In this document: piece after piece, positions 9,321 through 17,905 of the stretch | Position numbering within the stretch: the stretch's first letter is position 1 | Layout: every line of letters begins with the position of its first letter | Assembly (NCBI GenBank): GCA_964436955.1 | Contig: CAYTFC010000004.1 | Coordinates: forward strand, 5,872 to 69,871 | Direction: 5' to 3' | Length of the DNA: 64,000 nucleotides | Source: an uncultured bacterium | GTDB taxonomy: Bacteria > Chlamydiota > Chlamydiia > Chlamydiales > JAJFMA01 | Position numbers and translations under genes: made by a program | Notes under the pieces: generated by a model | What the model saw: the letters and a program-made list of their open reading frames with translations, nothing else | Database searches by the model: none | What the model was told of the DNA's origin: nothing

Positions 9321-10751
9321 ATGAAACCATCTCAGTTTATAGGACGTGAAGCCGAAATGACTCGGCTTAAAGGGCTTTTAGAAAAAAAAAGCGCTAGCCT
9401 TATTGTTGTCAGGGGTAGAAGACGTATTGGAAAAAGCAGGCTTCTTTCAGAATTTGGAAAAGAAATGAAAAGCTACTTCTTTTCTGGAAATCCTCCGGTT
9501 CGCAAAACAACAGCCCAAACTCAGCGAAATGACTTTGCACGTCAGCTTGAGAGAGCAGGTATCCCTGGTGTTAAGCCAGATGATTGGAGTAATCTCTTCT
9601 GGTATCTCTCCAAGGAAACTAAAAAAGGTCGAGTTCTTATTGTATTCGATGAAATCTCATGGATGGGAGGAAAAGATCCTCATTTTCTAGGACACTTGAA
9701 AACTGCTTGGGATATGTATTTTAGCAAAAATCCACACTTAATTATTGCGCTTTGTGGATCCGTATCTTCATGGATTGAAAAAAATATCCTAAGCAATACA
9801 GGATTTTTGGGAAGAATTACCCTCGATCTTGTGCTTGAAGAGCTTCCATTAGAGGTTTGTAATGCTTTCTGGCATCCAAAAGAAAAGCGTATTACTCCTT
9901 ATGAAAAGTTCAAGCTGTTATCCGTAATAGGAGGTGTTCCGCTTTATTTGGAACAAATCAAACCAAATCTTCCTGCAGAGCGAAATATCCAAGATCTCTG
10001 TTTTACTAAAGGAGGATTGCTTGTACGTGAATTCGATGAGATATTCTCTGATCTTTTTTCTCGTACTAAAGCTAGACATAAAGAAATTGTCCTCTGTCTT
10101 GCCAACGGTCCAAAGGAGCTTGTTCAAATTTGCAATGAATTAGGGAAAAGTGTGGGGGGGATATTCAGTAAACATTTAGATGAATTGGTAAAAGCAGGCT
10201 TTGTAAAAAGGGACTTTACATGGGATCTAAAAAATGGAAAAGAAGGAAAACTAAGCCGTTATCGATTAAGTGATAATTATTTACGCTTTTATTTGAAATA
10301 TATATCTCCTAATCGTTCTAACATCGAAAAAGAAAGTTTTTCCACTTTAATAACCCAACTTCCTGGATGGGAAGGTATCATGGGATTACAGTTTGAGAAT
10401 CTTGTTGTCCATAATAGAAAAACTCTCTGGAAGATGTTAGGTATCTCTCCAGAGGAAATAATAATGGAAGGCCCATTTTTTCAAAGTCACACGACTAAGC
10501 AAGCGGGATGTCAAATTGACTATATGATCCAAACTCGCTTTCTTAATCTATATGTATGTGAGATTAAATTCTCTAAGGGTCTTGTCGGTAATAAAATCAT
10601 TGAGGAAATGGAGAACAAAATAAAAAAATTGAAAATCCCTAGAAACTGCTCCATCAGACCTGTGCTTATTCATGTTAATGGGGTGGAGGAGAGTGTTTTG
10701 GATGAGAGATATTTTGATAAAGTAATCGATTTCGGACAACTTTTAGAGTGA
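9321..10751 (+). CDS. AAA-type ATPase with C-terminal PD-(D/E)xK-like module (Arch_ATPase/DUF234-like architecture)
   Basis: Start at ATG 9321 after SD aggag (the track start at 9258 lies inside the palindrome). Walker A is GRRRIGKSRLL and Walker B is VLIVFDEISWM. The C-terminus QIDYMIQT...LYVCEIKFSK looks like a D...ExK nuclease core. Confidence 0.65.
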   Translation: MKPSQFIGREAEMTRLKGLLEKKSASLIVVRGRRRIGKSRLLSEFGKEMKSYFFSGNPPVRKTTAQTQRNDFARQLERAGIPGVKPDDWSNLFWYLSKETKKGRVLIVFDEISWMGGKDPHFLGHLKTAWDMYFSKNPHLIIALCGSVSSWIEKNILSNTGFLGRITLDLVLEELPLEVCNAFWHPKEKRITPYEKFKLLSVIGGVPLYLEQIKPNLPAERNIQDLCFTKGGLLVREFDEIFSDLFSRTKARHKEIVLCLANGPKELVQICNELGKSVGGIFSKHLDELVKAGFVKRDFTWDLKNGKEGKLSRYRLSDNYLRFYLKYISPNRSNIEKESFSTLITQLPGWEGIMGLQFENLVVHNRKTLWKMLGISPEEIIMEGPFFQSHTTKQAGCQIDYMIQTRFLNLYVCEIKFSKGLVGNKIIEEMENKIKKLKIPRNCSIRPVLIHVNGVEESVLDERYFDKVIDFGQLLE

Positions 10752-10768
10752 TATTTAACTTTTTTACT

Positions 10769-10797
10769 CCCGAAATCGACACATTGCTGATTTCGGG
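10769..10797 (+). terminator. hairpin immediately after the ATPase gene
   Basis: cccgaaatc (10769-10777) pairs with gatttcggg (10789-10797) around an 11-nt loop. It lies 18 nt after the stop codon. Confidence 0.5.
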
Positions 10798-10821
10798 ATC
10801 AAAATTTTGGTTCATTTTTCG

Positions 10822-10906
10822 ATCCCCAAATCGACATTTGCAGATTTATGGACACATTTGAGTTCTGAAAAAAATCAGCAAATCTGCAAAATGTTGATTT
10901 GGGGAT
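10822..10906. repeat. imperfect ~26-bp inverted repeat sharing the CAAATCGACA core
   Basis: atccccaaatcgacatttgcagattt (10822-10847) compared with the reverse complement of 10881-10906 (atccccaaatcaacattttgcagatt). Confidence 0.7.
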
Positions 10907-10981
10907 GGATCACTCTTTAATATTCCTTCCGGAAGCATTGACATAAATTAATCATAAAAGCATTAAACAATTGCGTCATTA

Positions 10982-11335
10982 TCAAGAGAAACGAGGCGTA
11001 TACTCAAGATCATTTTTGCTGGTCAATTTATGGTTATCTCCTTGCTCATATTGAGAATCGTTGATTAGCACTTTGAATTCACATAAATTAAATGACTTGT
11101 AAGTTTCCCAAACCCATTCGTTAGGCCGTGTATTCATTAACATTATTCCCTTATCCCAGCTGAGGTCAGCCCCGCTCCCTCTAATAAAAATACTATTGTT
11201 AAATCCCACATCATAATGAATCACAACACGAGTAAGCTCAGCTTTTGCTTTCTTTTTATCATTAGTTTGAACAGGACTAGAAGTTGTTGAATTTGTTTCT
11301 GATGGCTTTAAGGGTGCGTTTTTTGTAAGTACCAT
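10982..11335 (-). CDS. small protein with a putative starch/glycogen-binding (CBM-like) domain
   Basis: The C-terminal 75 aa (VVIHYDVGFNNSIFIRGSGADLSWDKGIMLMNTRPNEWVWETYKSFNLCEFKVLINDSQYEQGDNHKL) have the aromatic/beta pattern of starch-binding modules. It sits directly downstream of glgC. Confidence 0.4.
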   Translation of the reverse strand: MVLTKNAPLKPSETNSTTSSPVQTNDKKKAKAELTRVVIHYDVGFNNSIFIRGSGADLSWDKGIMLMNTRPNEWVWETYKSFNLCEFKVLINDSQYEQGDNHKLTSKNDLEYTPRFS

Positions 11336-11373
11336 ACATATCTCCTTTTAAATTTTCTAAGAACTTCAGTGCA

Positions 11374-12702
11374 TCACAAAATAAATCCATCCGGTAGATG
11401 AGTCCCACGAGGGACAACGATAATCCCATCTCGAATACAAATTTTATCGTTACTATAATTCATCAATTTATCTTTGTTTATCAGCCGGACGTTATTTCCT
11501 ATACACACATTTTTATCGATGATAGCGTGATCAATGATGCAGTTTTCTCCGATCATGGGATTGCTTGGAATGCCTTCATAACGTATTGGAGAAGAATAAA
11601 AATCATTACCAATGATGTAGCTATTCTTAATGATTGAACCTTGCTTAACAATCGACCGCAATCCAATAATGCTATTGCTAACCTCTGCGGCTTGAACCAA
11701 AGATCCATCACAGATAATAGCATTCGTGATCGCTGAGTTAATGATCTTGGGAGCTGATAAATAATGTTGTCTGAAAAAAATATGTTTTTTTTCTTCGCAA
11801 CAATTGAATTCAGGATTAGACGACGTCAGTGCAATATTGGCTTTGAAAAATGATTCAATAGTGCCGATGTCTTCCCAATAACCGTTATGAGGATAAGCAA
11901 AAACATTTCCTTGGCCGACTTTAGTTGGAATCAGATGTTTACCAAAATCTTCTCGAGGATCGCATTGGAGCAAATCTAATAATGCTTGTCGCTTGAATAC
12001 ATAAATCCCCATCGAACCAAGAAATTGTCGTTTGCCAATCTCTCCTCCAGCCATCTTCTCCAGAGTATTTGACGGGAGGCGCAATTGATTTAAAAGTTCT
12101 TGTTCTTGAGGTTTTTCATAAAATTCAGTAACCGAGTAATCTTCGTTTAATTTCATGATCCCCATGCGCTTTGCATCTTCCTCATTTACAGGTAGTGCTG
12201 CAATTACCAGGTCAGCAGAGGTCTCTTTAGCAAAATCAATGATGTGTTGGAAATTCATGTTATAAATTTGATCGCCCGACAAAATAAGAAAATACTCTGC
12301 AGGAGTTTCAGTAAAGTAATGCAGATTTTGTCGAATAGCGCATGCTGTTCCCTGAAACCATAATTTATGCGTGTGTTTTTGTTCTGCTGATATTAGCTCA
12401 ATAGCAGAAGAAAAAAATGCACCTGGATGGTAAGTGTTAAAGATGTGCTGGTTGAGTGAGGATGAAAGATATTGAGAAATAACGAAAATTTTAGGGCAAC
12501 CCGAGTGAATGGCATTAGAAATAGGAATATCAATCAACCGATATTTACCACCAAAACACACAGCTGGTTTACATCGGGTATTTGTAAGTGGGTCAAGCCG
12601 TGTACCGTTTCCACCTGCAAGAATAATTGTGGTGACACAATTCATGGCCACTGATATCTTGGTTTTTCTCGGTGAAAGGCAACATTCGGCCATTTGTGTC
12701 AT
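11374..12702 (-). CDS. glgC: glucose-1-phosphate adenylyltransferase (ADP-glucose pyrophosphorylase)
   Basis: ILAGGNGTRLDPLT nucleotide-binding loop, the FGGKYRLIDIPISN and WFQGTA.AI motifs, and a C-terminal left-handed beta-helix region. The true start may be M20 (12645). Confidence 0.85.
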   Translation of the reverse strand: MTQMAECCLSPRKTKISVAMNCVTTIILAGGNGTRLDPLTNTRCKPAVCFGGKYRLIDIPISNAIHSGCPKIFVISQYLSSSLNQHIFNTYHPGAFFSSAIELISAEQKHTHKLWFQGTACAIRQNLHYFTETPAEYFLILSGDQIYNMNFQHIIDFAKETSADLVIAALPVNEEDAKRMGIMKLNEDYSVTEFYEKPQEQELLNQLRLPSNTLEKMAGGEIGKRQFLGSMGIYVFKRQALLDLLQCDPREDFGKHLIPTKVGQGNVFAYPHNGYWEDIGTIESFFKANIALTSSNPEFNCCEEKKHIFFRQHYLSAPKIINSAITNAIICDGSLVQAAEVSNSIIGLRSIVKQGSIIKNSYIIGNDFYSSPIRYEGIPSNPMIGENCIIDHAIIDKNVCIGNNVRLINKDKLMNYSNDKICIRDGIIVVPRGTHLPDGFIL

Positions 12703-12872
12703 TGGGGACCTTGGGTTCTTTAGGGTAAATAATAATTTTTATTTAACACATAGCAATTTTTAAACGAAGACAATTCCCTCTATTTCCTTCACTGTAGGCA
12801 ATTAAGGGATGTCAAATTCTGCATAATTTGAATTCACGTGTTATGCAATCCGCTCTTGCGTTCAGGAAACTT

Positions 12873-13856
12873 CTAAGATATTAAATTTACTTTTTTACTC
12901 GCATTATCTGCGCGCGAGGACTTGTCATAAGCATAAACCATTTCTGCGGTGGAATGCCCTGTTACACGCATGATATCGCTGTCTTGGAATCCTTGCTGCT
13001 TAAGGTAGGTGACAGCGGAAGCTCTCAACACGTGTGGAGAAACTTTAAATGGAATTCCAGCAGCCTTCCCAGCTTTTGCAAAAGTTACAGCTACCTGATT
13101 GATCATGACAGAATTTCCCGATCTGGTTACAAATACCTGACCCGTTCTTTCTCCAATGTAGTCTTTAAGGCGCTTCATGATGCTCTCTGAATATGTAATC
13201 ACAGTCTCTTTCTTGAGCCGTCTCATTTTCGACTGAATAAATGTAATCTCACAGCGCTCCCAATCAATTTGGTTGGTTTGCAAGGAGAGCACTTCATTAA
13301 CCCTCTTGCCACCTTGTAAGATCACTTTTCCAATCAAGCAATCGCGAGGATTGATCTTCTCTAGTTCTTTGAAGAATAGAATCCACTGCGCTTGAGTCAT
13401 CGCATGTGTTTTAACCTTCTCATATACGCTAAAGAAGGTCTTTGCGTTTCCTTCTTTATTTGGAATGGCCTTTTTTATCACACCTTCAAGACGACGGCTC
13501 AAAAATCCCGTAAATGAAATATAACAGGCGGCGCGTGCTTGTCTGGTAGATTCTGCCCAATCCTGAAAAAGTTTGATACGGTCAATAATGCCTTCATGAT
13601 TGATCAGCGCAAACTGTTGTAAGCTGATTAGGGGATTAAGCCATCCGAATTCGACCAATTTTTTCATGCCGGATCTATAGCTAAGCTGCGTTTTTGGACT
13701 TAAAGTCGTCAGCCAATAGGAAATGGCTTCTTCGACAGAAATCTCATCCAATTTCTTCCAGACCAAATTAGCTTTGAAAGAGGCGGCTTGCTCATAGGTC
13801 TCCAAATTGGAGGGAATAGGAAGCTCCAAAACTGCTGGCATTAGAGTCATAGCCAT
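12873..13856 (-). CDS. tyrosine recombinase/integrase
   Basis: Catalytic pattern R (GKRVNEVLSL), HxxR (HVLRAS) and H...Y (GHSTAEMVYAYDKS). The N-terminus is a SAM-like core-binding region. Confidence 0.8.
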   Translation of the reverse strand: MAMTLMPAVLELPIPSNLETYEQAASFKANLVWKKLDEISVEEAISYWLTTLSPKTQLSYRSGMKKLVEFGWLNPLISLQQFALINHEGIIDRIKLFQDWAESTRQARAACYISFTGFLSRRLEGVIKKAIPNKEGNAKTFFSVYEKVKTHAMTQAQWILFFKELEKINPRDCLIGKVILQGGKRVNEVLSLQTNQIDWERCEITFIQSKMRRLKKETVITYSESIMKRLKDYIGERTGQVFVTRSGNSVMINQVAVTFAKAGKAAGIPFKVSPHVLRASAVTYLKQQGFQDSDIMRVTGHSTAEMVYAYDKSSRADNASKKVNLIS

Positions 13857-14032
13857 TGCTTCCTTTCACAAAGACCTTCGAATAATTTTTTATACTCTTC
13901 TCTGCACATCACTTCTTGGATGGGGGAACTTGGCTCGGTCTTGATGATGGTAAGATCAATTTTTTTCTGAGATTTTTTCGTTTCAGGAATTTTTTCATGA
14001 GACTTTGAGTCTTTGGGTTCATTTTTTGGCAT
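13847..14032 (-). CDS. small basic hypothetical protein upstream of and overlapping the integrase start
   Basis: Start at ATG 14032 after SD gaggtg (the track's longer 93-aa form has no SD). It overlaps the integrase start by 10 nt. An excisionase-like role is only a positional guess. Confidence 0.3.
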   Translation of the reverse strand: MPKNEPKDSKSHEKIPETKKSQKKIDLTIIKTEPSSPIQEVMCREEYKKLFEGLCERKQWL

Positions 14033-14262
14033 CGACACCTCAACTTGTTTATAAGCGGCTTTATAAACAAGAAAAGATAGCTCAAAAAATCTTTCGTGGC
14101 AACTTGAAGTTTTGATGGTTACAAACATTTTACAGCAAGTCGCTTTAGCTATTCCATATTTAATGCGTTTTTCAATCTTTAATGCTAAATGCCTATTGAC
14201 CTCTAATCGCCTTATCTTTTATACCTCTTATTTCTACCTCGTTAAGGAGGCTAAGTAATGAC

Positions 14263-14520
14263 ATGAGCGAAGAAGTTCAAGAGCTAGTACAGCAAACCAC
14301 TAAAGATATCAGTAGCCAAGATGATCAATTAGTAGTCAGTCGCCGCAACAAGAAAAAAATCAAAGCTACTATTTATCTGACCGAGGAAGCAGAGCAAGCA
14401 TTTACTGAGCTTTATATCCATCGCTTGCGCAAAGATAGAAAGATCGACCGCTCGGTCATTGCTTGCGATGCCATTCAGATGCTTTACGAAAAAGAATGTC
14501 TGGAAGCTGCTTCGAATTAG
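14263..14520 (+). CDS. ribbon-helix-helix DNA-binding protein (paralog of the ParA-partner C-terminus)
   Basis: KATIYLTEEAEQAFTELYIHRLRKDRKIDRSVIACDAIQMLYEK aligns with KMTFNLTEDIYKAFNDLYANRMLQGRKTEKSEMICEAIQWLIKM of ORF 43957-44463. Confidence 0.55.
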   Translation: MSEEVQELVQQTTKDISSQDDQLVVSRRNKKKIKATIYLTEEAEQAFTELYIHRLRKDRKIDRSVIACDAIQMLYEKECLEAASN

Positions 14521-15377
14521 AAGAATGCGTTTTCTTTCAGCCATTGGTTCAGGACTGAAATCACATCCTCTATCGATTCAGGCAGTTTGAGAGCGCCTTT
14601 TTTCGCTTTGATTTTTCTACGGTAGGGAGTCCAGTTTTTCTCAAGCGTTTCTAAAGCATCCATGCCGAATGCAACCGGTAGTTTCTTCAGAAGAGTTTTT
14701 CTGTGGTGGAAAACCAGCTGGACGGCTTTCTTTGCAAGAGAGCTGTCGAGAACATCTAAGCGAACTAGCGAGTACAGGTCATGGAAATCTTTCATCCTGG
14801 TGTTGCCTCCTCCTCTGAAAACAACCGTTTCTAATTTCTCTGCAAAAATGAATTCCTTCGGATAGCAATGCAGAGAAATTCTGCTTTCAAAGAGAGGGCC
14901 TTTCGATGTGGCAGTCAAATCCATGGGATATTCAATTGGCTCCACGCGGTCGCCGAATCCTAAATCCATGCGCATGACCGTCTTGGTGGCGCCGAACAAT
15001 GCCTGCAGCGTAATTTCAGCTCCTGTGTATGCGAGCTGCGAATGATCGAGGATCTTGATTTTAGCCACTTCGAAGGCAAAGCTATCATTAGCATTGATAT
15101 CGCAGATCGCTTGCAACACAGTTCTTAAAGACTCTTCAGTATTCGATAGCTTTTGAATGAAGAAGTCAAGATCCTGCGTCTCCCTTCCAAGATGGATGTA
15201 TTTTGCCAGGAGGGATCCTCCTTTCAGAACAAATTTTTCCCTGTAAATAGAACGCGCTAAACGGGTCAAAAATCTCTCTAAGATCAGATTCCTCCAAAGT
15301 TCTGCAAAGGTTGTTTCCCGCTCCTTGGCCAGTGCTTTGATTTTCTCTTTGATTGATTGTTCGATTGCAGATTTCAT
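14517..15377 (-). CDS. abiEii: AbiEii-type nucleotidyltransferase toxin (type IV TA / abortive infection)
   Basis: FVLKGGSLLAKYIHLGRETQDLDF nucleotidyltransferase motif, size 286 aa, and a 4-nt overlap with the upstream AbiEi-like gene. Confidence 0.75.
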   Translation of the reverse strand: MKSAIEQSIKEKIKALAKERETTFAELWRNLILERFLTRLARSIYREKFVLKGGSLLAKYIHLGRETQDLDFFIQKLSNTEESLRTVLQAICDINANDSFAFEVAKIKILDHSQLAYTGAEITLQALFGATKTVMRMDLGFGDRVEPIEYPMDLTATSKGPLFESRISLHCYPKEFIFAEKLETVVFRGGGNTRMKDFHDLYSLVRLDVLDSSLAKKAVQLVFHHRKTLLKKLPVAFGMDALETLEKNWTPYRRKIKAKKGALKLPESIEDVISVLNQWLKENAFF

Positions 15378-15970
15378 AGTGTAAACGCCGAAATGTAAGG
15401 AGTTAAGTCGACTCTAAGCTTCTTCGCATATCTTAGAAGCTTGTCGATATCCGGTTTTCTATCTTTGCTTGTCTTTAAATAAGCTTGCAAGGCCTTTAAA
15501 GCGGTTTCCTTGTCCAGATAGCGGAAAGAGTCCACGACAGTCCGTTCCCGATCGAAAATTTTGAGCTTCTGGCTGCCGATTTTAATCGTGGTCTGTCCAA
15601 AAGAGATGTTCCGCATCCGGACGATGTGAGCATTTTCCCTGGCAGGGGAGGTGGTGGCATGCGGAATAGCAATCCAAAATTCCCTCATGATTTCATCCGT
15701 TAAACCGTAATAGCATAGAGCAGAAATGAGACAGATGACCCCATTCGGGATGCTCAAAGTAGTAACCGCGAGATCTTCCCATTCGAATTCGGAGTCAAAA
15801 TCAAGGTCGGTGATTTTATACATCCCTTTGCTGACCCGCTCGATCTGCCCCTTCGTGCAAAAATAGGCAAGCATCCGGGGAGGGATTCCTGCTTTCCTTC
15901 CTTCTGCGGAAGAAAAAACTGCTTTTTTGGACAGCGCTTTGAGCGCGGCTGAGTACTTGGATCTTATCAT
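15374..15970 (-). CDS. abiEi: AbiEi-type antitoxin/transcriptional regulator
   Basis: N-terminal winged-HTH (FSSAEGRKAGIPPRMLAYFCTKGQIERVSKGMYK) and a C-terminal AbiEi domain. It is translationally coupled to abiEii. Confidence 0.7.
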   Translation of the reverse strand: MIRSKYSAALKALSKKAVFSSAEGRKAGIPPRMLAYFCTKGQIERVSKGMYKITDLDFDSEFEWEDLAVTTLSIPNGVICLISALCYYGLTDEIMREFWIAIPHATTSPARENAHIVRMRNISFGQTTIKIGSQKLKIFDRERTVVDSFRYLDKETALKALQAYLKTSKDRKPDIDKLLRYAKKLRVDLTPYISAFTL

Positions 15971-15976
15971 ACCCGT

Positions 15977-16025
15977 AATGTAACAGAAAAACCCATTAAC
16001 GGCAACTGGGTTTTTCTGTTACATT
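15977..16025. promoter_or_regulatory. perfect 18-bp inverted repeat directly upstream of abiEi (candidate AbiEi operator and/or terL terminator)
   Basis: aatgtaacagaaaaaccc (15977-15994) pairs with gggtttttctgttacatt (16008-16025) across a 13-nt spacer. It starts 7 bp from the abiEi start codon. Confidence 0.6.
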
Positions 16026-16074
16026 TTCACTCGTGGAATTCATTAATAAATCTTTTTAAAATAAGGATGTTATA

Positions 16075-17424
16075 TCAAAGAGTTGTCAAAGCGGTCAGGT
16101 CATATGTCGAATCAGTAAGCATCAAAAAAGCACCGCTCAGAGCATCAACAATATCATCATGGCTTCCTTCAGGGAAATTTTCCACCTCTCTTAAAAAATC
16201 TTCGTTCCAGGACGCCTGCAGGATCTTGATATTTCCAGCCTCTGCCTGAGAAGAGACAGGGAGAGCTCTCGTTACTTTGTCCTGGGTAGCTTTGAATGTC
16301 TTCACGTTATACCCTTGAAGCATTCTAACGAGATAATCTGCTTCGCTTATTCCAGCCTGGCCAGGATCCTGCTCGATACCAATCCTTATCGAAACGCCAT
16401 CTTGACTTGCCGTATTTTTGATGGCATTTTGAACCCCTAAAGGACTTTGCTGAATTCTTACCATATCGGTGATGTACAAGATGTTATTTTTATCCTTTTC
16501 AAGACGCAGCCCGACAGTATAATCCGGGTCATTGCTTTCAGTCTTTTTCGTTGCAGCTCGATCCCAATAGCGTACAGCTTTTAAACCTCCTTTTGGAATG
16601 GCTTTGACGACTTCAAAGAAGCTTCTCTGGAAGAACATGCCAGCTGTTGGTCGCACATTCCAATTTCCCATTAGCAGCTGCTCGCGTTCAAATCGAGGTA
16701 ATGCTTTAAGGTTCGCGAGATATCCCGGATCTTTTTCAAGCAGGATTTTATTGTCATGCACAGTTGATGCCACAAAGGAAACACTCTTAGGCAGGCAGCT
16801 CGGATCCTTTTCTATCAATTCTTCGCGGCTAGATCCCCAAATTGTTTGGTCATTCTGAATAAAGAACCAGCGAGTCTTTCCACTACGTGAGGGGATTGGG
16901 TATCCCGATTTTTCATCAATCCACCACGAAATAAATTGCCGGACCCAGGAGTCTGTATCCGGGTTGGTGGTGGCTCTAATATAGGGTTTCACTCCGCAAG
17001 TGGACCGATTCCTTGAGAGCATATAGACAAATTGCTGCCATGAAAAATGAGTTAGCTCATCAAACCCGACAAGGGGAATCTGTGAGCCTTGCCAGTCAAA
17101 GCGTGTTTTATCATGCTCTAGGTGAGCGAATTTGACTTTGCCATTTCCTTGGAAATCCCATTCAAGAGTGGACTCCTTAGGAGTTCCGTTCGCATGAACA
17201 AAAAGTTCGCAGCTTGTATCCCATAAGCCGCCTGGATTGCGGACTTGAGTGCTGTTTCTTCTGAATATTACAGCAGAGAATCCGGGAACATTTCTATGTC
17301 GCAGGCATTCCATTAAAAGAGCCCAAGTTTTGCCGCCTCCAGCAGCTCCACCATAAATGACAATATCCGCCGAAGCATTCAAGAACTGGTATTGAGGACC
17401 TTTCTGAGGTATGATTTTAGGCAT
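16075..17424 (-). CDS. terL: phage terminase large subunit
   Basis: Walker A is IYGGAAGGGKTWALL and Walker B is PLVGFDELTHF. The C-terminus has RNaseH-like nuclease motifs (RYWDRAAT, DPDYTVG, SHDDIVDAL). It overlaps terS by 8 nt. Confidence 0.9.
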   Translation of the reverse strand: MPKIIPQKGPQYQFLNASADIVIYGGAAGGGKTWALLMECLRHRNVPGFSAVIFRRNSTQVRNPGGLWDTSCELFVHANGTPKESTLEWDFQGNGKVKFAHLEHDKTRFDWQGSQIPLVGFDELTHFSWQQFVYMLSRNRSTCGVKPYIRATTNPDTDSWVRQFISWWIDEKSGYPIPSRSGKTRWFFIQNDQTIWGSSREELIEKDPSCLPKSVSFVASTVHDNKILLEKDPGYLANLKALPRFEREQLLMGNWNVRPTAGMFFQRSFFEVVKAIPKGGLKAVRYWDRAATKKTESNDPDYTVGLRLEKDKNNILYITDMVRIQQSPLGVQNAIKNTASQDGVSIRIGIEQDPGQAGISEADYLVRMLQGYNVKTFKATQDKVTRALPVSSQAEAGNIKILQASWNEDFLREVENFPEGSHDDIVDALSGAFLMLTDSTYDLTALTTL

Positions 17425-17905
17425 GGGGGTCCTCCACTTTTTCTTCTATGCAGTCGCCTCTGCCGTTATCGGGAATGTAAATCTGAACAGGATCTTCTCC
17501 TTTGACAATTGTTTCTGTGACAATAGTTTCTCTTTGGCCAAGCCATATTTTTCCAAGCCAGATAGCCATGGTTGCGCTGTGCTCAGCTTGCTGAAATTGA
17601 TAACGGCGAAGGGAGAGTTTATGACGCCCATTGCACCTTTTTCTTAGCTCCGCAAAACCCATACCAAAAGCCTCCCTCAACCTTCGATCCAAGGTATCGA
17701 CGCTGACTCGAAAAGAGCCCGCAATTTCTTCAGCTGTCGCTTGCATTTCAGTCCAATAAAGCACTTGATCAAGATTGATCTCTTTTGCAGGCACGATTCC
17801 TTTCCATTCAGCAGGAGGGGAGTTCGGGTCCACTGGAGGTTTAACCGTTTTCTTAGGCCGGCCGTTTGGCCGGCCTGTAGGCTTTCTAGGCATAATCTTC
17901 ACCAT
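17417..17905 (-). CDS. terS: phage terminase small subunit (HTH)
   Basis: It lies directly upstream of terL. It has a basic N-terminus, an HTH (TAEEIAGSFRVSVDTLDRRL), and the motif SATMAIWLGKIWLGQRE typical of small terminases. Confidence 0.7.
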   Translation of the reverse strand: MVKIMPRKPTGRPNGRPKKTVKPPVDPNSPPAEWKGIVPAKEINLDQVLYWTEMQATAEEIAGSFRVSVDTLDRRLREAFGMGFAELRKRCNGRHKLSLRRYQFQQAEHSATMAIWLGKIWLGQRETIVTETIVKGEDPVQIYIPDNGRGDCIEEKVEDPHA

